Source: Candidatus Binataceae bacterium (GTDB lineage Bacteria > Desulfobacterota > Binatia > Binatales > Binataceae). Taken from it: 64,000 nucleotides of DNA. The notes under the pieces are model-generated. The model did no database searches, had not been told where the DNA came from, and saw only the letters and a program-made list of their open reading frames with translations. Below are positions 56,280 through 64,000 of the stretch, piece after piece. Positions within the stretch are counted from its first letter, which is position 1. Each line of letters begins with the position of its first letter. The translations under genes and the position numbers were made by a program. Where the stretch lies: the NCBI GenBank assembly GCA_050011435.1, contig JBEKJC010000005.1:45941-109940 (forward strand). The letters are read 5' to 3'.

Positions 56280-58447
56280 TTCTCGTGCGGTGTCGCGGCT
56301 GCGGAACCCAGACGGGTTGGATCAAACTCCAGCAGTAAAATCCATTGGGTGCTCTCCGCCCAGATCGCTACCGGCATCAGCGGCGAAACTTCGACCTTCT
56401 TCGCGAAAGGCTTGTAGATCGGGGCGACGGCTTCAACTGTATCGCGCGCGCCCATCACTCCGACCAATACATCTCCATTATTGACAGATGAGAGCACCAA
56501 GCCATTTACCAGGGAGGCTCGCGGATCGAGGGCATTGACCCCAGAGGCCCAGTGCGGCGGAAGAAGTTTCAAGCGTTGGGCTTCAACCGGACTCAGGTCA
56601 GATGAAGGATGACCATCTGCAAGATACTTCTGCGCGGCACTGATAAGCGCGCCGAGTTGAACGGCCACCATTCGCCTTTCGAGAACGCGCGGGTCCACGT
56701 TCTTGTAGGCGTCCAGTTTCTCGAGTGGAACCTGGTAGAAAGAGACACCGCCAATATGTATGGGTGCGACGCCCAGCGACGCGAACAACGAACGAATTAC
56801 TATTCTTTCGTCGGTAGTGAACTCGGTACGTTTGGGAAACTGCGGTCCGGGGTCATTGTTCTTTATCCATAAGTGCGCGCCGTCGTCTGCGACGACGATC
56901 GAGTTAACCTTCTTCTGAACCAGAAAGGCCTTGAGCATTTCGCCCGCATAAGGAAAGTCGGCCAAGGTGTAGAAGCCATAGATCGTTGGAAAGTACGGCA
57001 GATACTCCCTTGGAATTGGCGGCTGGCCTACATATCCGCCGGCCATGCGGAAATAAAATCCACTCATAGCCTGCCAGATATCGCCAGTGGCGAATCCGCC
57101 ATAGGGAAGAATCAAAACATTATCGTCGGGCGCAATGTAGCGTCTATATATTCGAGCCGAAAAGAAAGCCGGTGCGTCAACAGGCGTCGTCCAGTAAGAT
57201 GCGCTTAAATTTGGCAGCGTGAAAAATACCACGGCGCCGGCGCCTGCCATTCGGAGAGTCTGCCGGATGGAGCCATCGCTGAGCCAGAGACTCACCACTA
57301 TACCTAGAATCAGAAAGCAGTAAACCGAGAATCGCTCGGGCATAGCTTTGTCTATCAGCGGCAAATGCGCTGCGATTGCCCATGGTAATGGAATTGGTCG
57401 AGATGCCGGGATGCGTAATTCCGATCCAAGCGAAGCAACGGTGACAACCACCAGAAGCATCACGAGAAGTCGCGTGCGCCAATCGTGCCAATGGGCGTGC
57501 GCGAAGGCCACAACAATTAGAAGCAGCGGCAGCGCGATGTATGCTCCGGTCTCGTAAATGTTACTTCCACGGGACAGTTCGTGAACCAGATGGATTGTTC
57601 CAAGCAGAGTAGTGGTCGTCGGAATTAGAAAATTGGAAGGGTAAACCGAAACGAACTGTCTCAATCCACCTGGAAGCGGCAGATGGCCGAATGCGTAAAA
57701 GTAGTAAAGGTACGGACTGAGGATAATCGCACTCGCGACATACGCGCATGAAGTTGGAAGGACGAGACCTTGCAGACGTTCGCGCCATTGGGGCGCCGTC
57801 CACCATGCGATCGCTATCGCAGTGCCGCCAAATAGGGTAGCCGTAGCCACCGCCTCCGGCCAGCACAGGAAGAGAGCGACTATCAAGATGCTCAATGTGA
57901 TCGCGAAGTTGCGTGTGCTGATTTCCTCGTTCAGCCGCCGCAATGTCACTAGTACCATCAAGGGCACCGGAAACATCATCAGTACCGTTAAGTGGCCGAG
58001 TAAGTGACAGAGCATCCACGGAGAAAAGCCGAAAGCATAGCCGCCAACGACAGCCGCCCAGAACGAAGAACATAGATACCGGCAGAGAAGGAAGGCGGTC
58101 CATGCTGCGAGTGCCGGGCAGAGCAGCACCAACAGGTTGAAGGTCGCGATGGGACCCAGGGTTGCAGTGAGCGGGATCGCGGCGATTCCAAAAAGTGGTA
58201 TGAAGGTTACCCAAGCCAGGTTGGCGCCGCTTGGCGCCCATTGCAGATAGGTGAAGAACGGGTTTACGTGATGAGTGAAGACGTATTTCCACCATTCGAG
58301 GTAGAAAATGAAAGCGCCCGGATCCGTACCGATTCCTATGTAACGGTCGGAAAGATGACCCACCAGACCACGGCCAAAGAATAGAAACGAGAGAACCAGA
58401 TAGATAAAAAGTGGACTGACCTTACTATAATCTCGCCTACCACACAT
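56276..58447 (-). CDS. large membrane protein, paralog B
   Basis: 723 aa in tandem with paralog A, overlapping it by 4 nt. Same architecture. Confidence 0.5.
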   Translation of the reverse strand: MCGRRDYSKVSPLFIYLVLSFLFFGRGLVGHLSDRYIGIGTDPGAFIFYLEWWKYVFTHHVNPFFTYLQWAPSGANLAWVTFIPLFGIAAIPLTATLGPIATFNLLVLLCPALAAWTAFLLCRYLCSSFWAAVVGGYAFGFSPWMLCHLLGHLTVLMMFPVPLMVLVTLRRLNEEISTRNFAITLSILIVALFLCWPEAVATATLFGGTAIAIAWWTAPQWRERLQGLVLPTSCAYVASAIILSPYLYYFYAFGHLPLPGGLRQFVSVYPSNFLIPTTTTLLGTIHLVHELSRGSNIYETGAYIALPLLLIVVAFAHAHWHDWRTRLLVMLLVVVTVASLGSELRIPASRPIPLPWAIAAHLPLIDKAMPERFSVYCFLILGIVVSLWLSDGSIRQTLRMAGAGAVVFFTLPNLSASYWTTPVDAPAFFSARIYRRYIAPDDNVLILPYGGFATGDIWQAMSGFYFRMAGGYVGQPPIPREYLPYFPTIYGFYTLADFPYAGEMLKAFLVQKKVNSIVVADDGAHLWIKNNDPGPQFPKRTEFTTDERIVIRSLFASLGVAPIHIGGVSFYQVPLEKLDAYKNVDPRVLERRMVAVQLGALISAAQKYLADGHPSSDLSPVEAQRLKLLPPHWASGVNALDPRASLVNGLVLSSVNNGDVLVGVMGARDTVEAVAPIYKPFAKKVEVSPLMPVAIWAESTQWILLLEFDPTRLGSAAATPHEK

Positions 58448-59230
58448 GGTTGCAGCCCAACTCCCACCACCTCAGGAGCACCATGATGCCAAAGAAACAT
58501 GCCAATGTCAGCGGCGGCACCAGCAGACTGAATGGGCGGTGCCGTCTCGGAAGCCGGCCACGGAGAGGTCGGCAACTGCGCGTCTCTGCATTCGGGCTAT
58601 GCCGAAGCCGTGGCGCTCCTCGATCCCGTATTGGCCGGTCGTGCGACGGCGAGAATCCGCGGAGGGCTTCGTAAATGTGATCCGCTCTCGAAATCACCCG
58701 TCAGGCTTCTACGCTCTCTTTTAAATCTCGTTTACAAATCAGCCGGCCATGTCGAGTGGGATCCCGGCGATTCCAAAAAGTGGTATGAAGGTTGACCAGG
58801 CCAGATTGGCGCCGCTTGGCGCCCATTGCAGATAGGTGAAAAACGGATTTACGTGATGAGTGAAGACGTATTTCCACCATTCGAGGAAGAAAATGAACAA
58901 TCCGGGGTCGGTGCCGATTCCAACGTAGCGATCCGAGAGATGTCCGACCAAGCCACGTCCAAAGAATAGAAACGAGAGAACCAGATAAATAAAAGGCGGA
59001 CTGACCTTACTATAATCTCGTCTACCACACATGCTTGCAGCCCAACTCACGCCACCTCAGGAGCCCCATGATGCCAAAAAAACATGCCAATGTCAGCCCG
59101 GTCGCACCTGCAGATTGAGTGGGCGGTACCATATCGTGAGCTGGCCAAAGAGAGGTCGGCGTCGACCCGGTCCTGCGTGCGGGCTATGCCGAAGCCGTGG
59201 CGCTTCTCGATCCCGTATCGGCCCGGATTG
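58166..59230. repeat. tandem duplication: ~480-bp segment (58166-58645) repeated at 58751-59230, ~90% identical
   Basis: Read directly. It spans the first ~280 nt of paralog B plus ~200 nt of upstream sequence. Confidence 0.75.
58739..59032 (-). pseudogene. 5' fragment of paralog B created by the tandem duplication
   Basis: Encodes MCGRRDYSKVSPPFIYLVLSFLFFGRG...FIPLFGIAG, nearly identical to the first ~90 aa of paralog B. It terminates at the copy boundary. Confidence 0.55.
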
Positions 59231-59336
59231 CCGAGCTATCCCCCTGTCACTCCTAGCGGCCTATGTTTCAGTGTATTGGTTCGCCGCCGACTACGAAACA
59301 ATATGGTTTCTGCATGCGCTGGAAGTTTTCGCCACG

Positions 59337-59678
59337 ATGACAATCTTCGGCCTCATTGCAATTGCGCTGGGCGTGGCGGTGAGCCCGAGTGAGAGCAGAC
59401 GAATCGTGAGTGCGGTACTTCCGCTCGCGATTGGGCACATACTGGCGGCCGTGATCGTGATTTCAACGAGCTATTTCGAGCTGGGCCGGCTTTCTTTCTT
59501 CAAGGCAATCGCGATCAGATTTCCATTCGACCAATTTGAGTCCGATACCTACTTCGGGCCGGTCCTAATCGCGATGGCGGCGCTCTACGCCCGTCGCCAT
59601 TGGCACGGGCCGTTCGCCCGGATGATGATTGCCGCGCTGATCATAATCGCGGTATTCTCGCTTGGCACACCCTCATGA
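59337..59678 (+). CDS. small 4-TM membrane protein (possible GtrA-like flippase component)
   Basis: Four hydrophobic helices. The start is ATG 59337 or GTG 59271. It overlaps the start of the next gene (ATGA). The function is a guess. Confidence 0.35.
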   Translation: MTIFGLIAIALGVAVSPSESRRIVSAVLPLAIGHILAAVIVISTSYFELGRLSFFKAIAIRFPFDQFESDTYFGPVLIAMAALYARRHWHGPFARMMIAALIIIAVFSLGTPS

Positions 59679-60916
59679 AACGGTTAGCGCTCGCCCTGCT
59701 CTGGTCGATGGCCGGCCTCTGGGCGTTGGCTATATTTGGCAACGTCGCTGCGCGCGTGAACCGATGGGACTTTAGTCATTACTATCTGTCGGCGCTGGCA
59801 CTGCGGCAGGGCGCGAATCCATACCTGATCGACCTCAACTCCGTACCAGGCGCAGCGGGAATGGAGCTAGGATTGATCAATCACGCCAGCTACCCACCAA
59901 CCTTCCTGTTGTGCTTCGAGCCGTTTACCCTGATGCCCCCGGTGCCAGCGTACTGGACCTGGTTCGGATTGAACCTGGCGGCTCTCACAGTGGCGTTAGC
60001 GATGCTGCTCGGCGGGCGAAGCGAAATCGATTTTGTCACCGGCGCATCGCTGGTCGCGTTGGCGATTCTATACCCGCCGCTCTCGAACCATTTCAAGTTT
60101 GCACAGACTCAAATCGTGATTCTGCTGCTTCTGGTCGTAGCGATGCGGGCGCTAGCCAGCGGCAATGATCCGCTCGCGGGCCTGATACTGGCTTTCGCCG
60201 GGCTGCTTAAGGTGTTTCCGCTGGTTATGGCTGGATACTTGATCGTGGGCCGGCGGTGGCGAGCGCTCGGATGGATGATCGCGGGTTTGGTGGCCGGGGG
60301 CTGCCTCACCCTAGCCTTGGTTGGTGTAAAGCGGAGCTTCAGTTTCATAGGTCAGGCAAGTTTCCTGACCAGCCGACACTGGTATGACCAAGCTGCAAAC
60401 CTCTCAGTGAGCGCCACCGTGTCGCAGGTGTTTTGGTATACATTTGGAAATTCGCTAAGTTGGCCACTCGATCTTCTCCGTCACACAGCAAGCGCAGCAA
60501 CCGAATTCGGTCTGTTGGCGCTCACCATACGGGCGACCGCGTCGCGCGCGGAGCGTGGACAGGATCCCGATTCGAGCGCATTCGCACTGTGGGTTGTCGC
60601 TATGATCCTGCTGGCACCAACGGCGTGGCTCCACTACCTCGTGCTGCTGTTCATCCCGTTCGCGCAGATCACGATCGCAGTCTGCGGTGAACGCGCAAGC
60701 CGGCGAACGGTCCGCATGATGATCGCGAGCTACATCATTATAATTGTCGGAATGCTCACACTCGGGGCCTTCGAGTCATCCTTCTCCGAGCAGCTGGTGA
60801 TTGCCTTCAGAGAGTTGGCTTTCGTATCGCTCGTAATGGCCTACATTGCGACATACTGGTTCGTGCGCGATGCGCCGGGTGAAATGCAGGCTACGGGTCC
60901 GGCTGCAAGCCGTTGA
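59675..60916 (+). CDS. DUF2029 / GT87-like polyprenol-phosphate-sugar-dependent glycosyltransferase (membrane)
   Basis: ~410 aa with multiple TM segments and the central GLLKVFPLV motif region typical of DUF2029 transferases. Confidence 0.6.
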   Translation: MKRLALALLWSMAGLWALAIFGNVAARVNRWDFSHYYLSALALRQGANPYLIDLNSVPGAAGMELGLINHASYPPTFLLCFEPFTLMPPVPAYWTWFGLNLAALTVALAMLLGGRSEIDFVTGASLVALAILYPPLSNHFKFAQTQIVILLLLVVAMRALASGNDPLAGLILAFAGLLKVFPLVMAGYLIVGRRWRALGWMIAGLVAGGCLTLALVGVKRSFSFIGQASFLTSRHWYDQAANLSVSATVSQVFWYTFGNSLSWPLDLLRHTASAATEFGLLALTIRATASRAERGQDPDSSAFALWVVAMILLAPTAWLHYLVLLFIPFAQITIAVCGERASRRTVRMMIASYIIIIVGMLTLGAFESSFSEQLVIAFRELAFVSLVMAYIATYWFVRDAPGEMQATGPAASR

Positions 60917-61085
60917 TCGATCGGAACCAGAGCAGCTCCCTCAATCGCATTATCCGATAGGGCGGGGCTGCCTATGTCTGATCGCCAACTCTTCGGAGCA
61001 CTCGATCCTGGGACCGCGCCGCGAGTCTCTTCGAAATGAGACCGGCTTTCCCTGCCCGATTCACGCTCACAGGCGGACAATTTAC

Positions 61086-61106
61086 TGTGCCCAATTTTGT
61101 GCCCTA
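61086..61106. repeat. second copy of the arm-type-like repeat CTGTGCCCAATTTTGTGCCCT, ~130 bp inside the right island end
   Basis: Identical to 33891-33911 over 20 nt in the same orientation. Confidence 0.6.
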
Positions 61107-61237
61107 CCTGCATCAAAATTGGTGTCACTCGATACTGCTCCAGAGTTCAAGTCCAAGTGCAGGAAACCCCTCTGCCACAAGGGTTTTCGTGCTACCGAGC
61201 GGTACTGAACGATACCTATGATTCTTCGTCATTTTCG

Positions 61238-61282
61238 TTTGGGGTGCGTGTGGTCGCCGGTTCAAATCCGGCCACCCCGACC
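61238..61282 (+). repeat. 45-nt 3' fragment of tRNA-Pro (anticodon loop to CCA): right attachment-site direct repeat
   Basis: TTGGGGTGCGTGTGGTCGCCGGTTCAAATCCGGCCACCCCGACCA is identical to 33776-33820. Confidence 0.85.
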
Positions 61283-61439
61283 ATTTTTCCTCACTCGTTA
61301 GGCGCTCTGCCTGTTTCGCAGACGCCCAGCGCCGCGCGCCGCCGTTGAGCGTGATTGTTTCAAACCTTGGCGCAATCGCGGTCGTCTCTCTTGATGTGCT
61401 GGTGGCGGCAACCTGGCACCAGCTCTCTCGCGGGTGCGA

Positions 61440-62327
61440 TCAACCCACCGCGACCTGTTGCGCCCGTTCCACCACCGGTCCGAATCGCTTGATCAAATCG
61501 AGCGCCTGTCCGTCGGCCATCGCGATCGCCATCTTTTGCGAGAAAAGTACCACGCGGCTGGCACCGGCTTCGGCGTATTTCTTCAGATCGTCAAGCGAAG
61601 GGCCGCTGTCGCGCGGATCGACCAACGCCGTGATATGCAGCGCGTCGGGCTTGCGACCATGATCCGCGGCAAGTTTCCTCAACGCCACGACATCGCGTTT
61701 CAACGATTCGGGATTCGGCACCAGCGGCATCCACCCGTCGTAGGTCCTGGCCACGCGCTCGAGGACTTTGGGTCCGTGACCGCCCAGGAGAATCGGCGGA
61801 TACGGCTTCTGCAGCGGCTTCGGTTCGCATCTCAGGGCCGGGAAATGAACCAGCTCGCCAGCGTAGGCCGGCTCCCGCTCGGACCACAACACGCGCAGCG
61901 CCTCGACCGTTTCGCGCAAGCGCTTCCAGCGTGTCCCAAAATTTGCGCCCATCGCCTCGGTCTCTTCGCGGAGCCATCCAGCGCCAACCCCTAGAACCAC
62001 ACGGCCTCCCGAATAAAGGTCCAGGGACGCAACGGCCTTGGCCGTTATAATCGGTTCACGCTCGGGCAGCAGACAGATGCCCGTGCAGAGTTTGATGCGC
62101 TTGGTCACCGCCGCGGCAATCGAAAGCGCCACAAAGGGATCGACCCAGCGCCCGTAATGTTCGGGCAGAGGACCGACGCCCCCGGGAACCGGCGTCTTGA
62201 AACCGACCGGAATCACCGGATGTTCGGGAATCCAGAGCGACTCGTAGCCGCCGGCTTCGACCGCCCGCGCGATCGCGTCTATCGCGCCCGTCTGCGCGGT
62301 GGTCGCCACCAGGATGCCTATGTCCAT
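61440..62327 (-). CDS. LLM-class F420-dependent oxidoreductase (second copy)
   Basis: MDIGILVATT, LWIPEHP and LGVGAGW are the LLM signature. Confidence 0.8.
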   Translation of the reverse strand: MDIGILVATTAQTGAIDAIARAVEAGGYESLWIPEHPVIPVGFKTPVPGGVGPLPEHYGRWVDPFVALSIAAAVTKRIKLCTGICLLPEREPIITAKAVASLDLYSGGRVVLGVGAGWLREETEAMGANFGTRWKRLRETVEALRVLWSEREPAYAGELVHFPALRCEPKPLQKPYPPILLGGHGPKVLERVARTYDGWMPLVPNPESLKRDVVALRKLAADHGRKPDALHITALVDPRDSGPSLDDLKKYAEAGASRVVLFSQKMAIAMADGQALDLIKRFGPVVERAQQVAVG

Positions 62328-62558
62328 GGAATCTCTCCTTCACCCGCAATGCCGTCATCTTCGCTGAGCGCGTGTGTCGCTCGACGCCGCTCGCACCATA
62401 CCGCGAATCCTCCCCGAAAATCACGCGAATTTCTCCAGTCTATTCCTACCCGACTCAGCGGTTGACCCCGAAAGCAAGCGATGAGGCGGGCGGTGTTCAA
62501 AGCCCGGTAGGCTAGCGTTCGCATAATCGGTTTTCGACCGCGCGCATCTTCGCGGAAG

Positions 62559-64000
62559 TTAGCGATGCCCCGATCCCGCGTGACCGCCGCCGTGTCCCGC
62601 GCCCATACCCGGATGCGGCGCCGCGATACCGCCATGGAATCCCTGGAACGCATGCATCTCATCCCGATGCTGCCGTTCGAGCGCGCCCACCTGCGCAGCG
62701 TGCTGGCGTGCAAGCTCTCGTTGCTGCAAGATCTGATTGCGCGCGGCGGCCTGCTCCTGTTGCGCGCGTTCCTGCTCGAACCGCTCCAGTTGGGCGTTAT
62801 GGCTGTTCTCAAGCTCCTGCATCTGCGCGGTGTGAGCGCGCTCGACTTGCTCCCAGTCGCTACTGCCGATCGGTTCGTTATTGGCGGATTTTGCACGTTC
62901 GACTTCGAGCGACCGGAGCAGCTCGTTGTTCTCCCGCTCGAGCGCCTGTAACTGCTCATTATGCTTTTGCGCCGCCACCTGCTGCTGCTCGAGGCGCGAG
63001 CGATCGAGTTCCTGCACCTGCTGCGACTGCCGCCGCGCCAGTGCGATCTGACTCTCCTCGTGCTGATGCTCGAGTGATTGCTCCATTTGCTGCGCCCATT
63101 CCGGATGGCGCGCGCGCGCAACGGCCGGCTGCATCTGCGCCCACCAGTTCACATCGCGCCATCGATGTTGCTGGTCGTAATCGCCAACCCATTCGGGATG
63201 ATGCTGCCGCGCCCAAGCGCCATCCCGCTCCATCCACCATTGGTCACTGTGCCACACGCGATGATCGTCGAAGTCGCCCCACCACAGCGGATGATATTGC
63301 TTCACCCAATCCGGGTTATGCGCCCACCACCAGCCAGCCAGCCGCCAGTGGTGATTATCGTCGAAGTCGCCCCACCACTCCGGATGATGCATACGGCACC
63401 ATTCAGGTCGGTTCTGCCACCACCAGCCGGCCGGATACCAGACGCCCTCGTATGGTTCGCCCCACCATTCGGGATAGTTAGTGCTCATCCAATCTGGCTG
63501 GAACTGCCACCACCATCCTGCCGGATACCAGACGCCCTCGTATGAGTCCCCCCACCATTCCGGATGTTCATCGAGCGCCGTCTGTCGCTGAAGGGTCCAC
63601 CACCAACCCGCTGGATACCAGTTATTCTGGTAGTAATCGCCCCACCATTCTGGATGGTGCAGCCGAACCCAGCTCGGGTAGTTCTGGCACCACCAGACCG
63701 CGGGATACCAGGTGTTCTGATAATAGTCGCCCCACCATTCCGGATGATGCGCGCGCGACCAGGCGGGCCGGTTCTGCCACCACCACCATGCCGGACGCCA
63801 TACGCGAGCGTCGTCGAAGTCGCCCCACCATTCAGGGTGATGCTGCCGCAGCCAGTCCTGATGGTTGGTCGCCCACCACGAGGCGTCGTGCCAGACGTGG
63901 CCGTCGTCGTAATCACCCCATACCGGCTCAGGAGGCACGTCACCCCATTGCGCCTGCGTCTGTTTTGCCCCGATTATCAAAATCAGGGGCACCGCCAATA
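62559..64000 (-). CDS. Trp-rich tandem-repeat protein (N-terminus outside the window) with a Gln/Glu-rich coiled coil and a Gly/His-rich tail
   Basis: At least 9 repeats of ~29-30 aa with consensus HHPEWWGD(Y/F)(D/Y)xxxxWxPAGWWWQNRPxWxRx (DNA period 85-94 bp). This is followed by ~130 aa of Q/E/R-rich heptad-like sequence and GGHAGSGHR at the C-terminus. The N-terminus begins in a hydrophobic stretch at the window edge. Confidence 0.6.
   Translation of the reverse strand, partial: LAVPLILIIGAKQTQAQWGDVPPEPVWGDYDDGHVWHDASWWATNHQDWLRQHHPEWWGDFDDARVWRPAWWWWQNRPAWSRAHHPEWWGDYYQNTWYPAVWWCQNYPSWVRLHHPEWWGDYYQNNWYPAGWWWTLQRQTALDEHPEWWGDSYEGVWYPAGWWWQFQPDWMSTNYPEWWGEPYEGVWYPAGWWWQNRPEWCRMHHPEWWGDFDDNHHWRLAGWWWAHNPDWVKQYHPLWWGDFDDHRVWHSDQWWMERDGAWARQHHPEWVGDYDQQHRWRDVNWWAQMQPAVARARHPEWAQQMEQSLEHQHEESQIALARRQSQQVQELDRSRLEQQQVAAQKHNEQLQALERENNELLRSLEVERAKSANNEPIGSSDWEQVERAHTAQMQELENSHNAQLERFEQERAQQEQAAARNQILQQRELARQHAAQVGALERQHRDEMHAFQGFHGGIAAPHPGMGAGHGGGHAGSGHR

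Larger units (their letters stand above)
33744..61282. mobile_element. ~27.5-kb genomic island integrated into tRNA-Pro(GGG): a defective integrative mobilizable element plus a glycosylation cargo
   Basis: The full tRNA plus int at the left end. A 45-nt tRNA 3' direct repeat at the right end. An arm-type motif inside both ends. int-xis, ImmA/XRE, vapBC, relaxase, T4CP and TrbC inside. An IS3 element and a GC drop in the cargo. Confidence 0.7.

Noticed and set aside
58396-58447. TATAAT hexamer (cttacTATAATctcg) near the start of paralog B that looks like a -10 box
   Set aside because: It lies inside the coding sequence (encoding …DYSKV…) on the opposite strand relative to transcription. It is also present in the duplicated copy for the same reason.
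62559-63998. Periodic ~90-bp DNA repeats that could superficially resemble a repeat array or CRISPR
   Set aside because: The repeats are imperfect and contiguous with no unique spacers. They maintain one long ORF encoding the Trp-rich peptide repeats, so this is coding tandem repetition, not CRISPR.

Overview
High-GC (by eye roughly 65-68%) bacterial chromosomal window. No taxon can be assigned from sequence alone; F420-type LLM oxidoreductases, an LPS heptosyltransferase and Pro/Ala-rich tails suggest a diderm soil lineage. Positions 1-33.6 kb look like core genome. They hold an NtrB/NtrC-type two-component pair, thiE, a TIGR03960-like radical SAM gene and a polyphosphate neighbourhood (ppx-CHAD-sixA operon, with a ROK polyphosphate glucokinase nearby). 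They also hold fdhD, an F420-dependent LLM oxidoreductase and a cluster that looks like biosynthesis of a CDP-alcohol-derived head group or solute (aminotransferase, two HAD phosphatases, ATP-grasp, nucleotidyltransferase, CDP-alcohol phosphatidyltransferase fusion, B12-radical SAM). Three copies of a palindrome, TGAAACC-N6/7-GGTTTCA, sit upstream of consecutive transcription units in that region. panBCD and coaX follow. From 33744 to 61282 there is a roughly 27.5-kb genomic island integrated into tRNA-Pro(GGG), with a 45-nt direct repeat of the tRNA 3' end at the far boundary and a repeated arm-type motif just inside both ends. The island carries int, a frameshifted xis, ImmA/XRE, vapBC, a MobF relaxase, a T4CP, an RHH protein and a TrbC pilin, with a candidate oriT but no T4SS. 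It also carries an IS3-family element, ADP-heptose genes (one frameshifted) and a lower-GC cargo. The cargo consists of large GT-C-like membrane proteins (two tandem paralogs plus a duplicated 5' fragment), SAM methyltransferases (one degraded) and a DUF2029/GT87-like transferase, which looks like a surface-glycan modification module. A copy of the 3' end of the SDR gene at 48283 marks an internal junction inside the island. The right flank resumes with a second F420 LLM oxidoreductase and an unusual Trp-rich tandem-repeat protein that runs off the window. No CRISPR array and no rRNA were seen; the only tRNA is tRNA-Pro.
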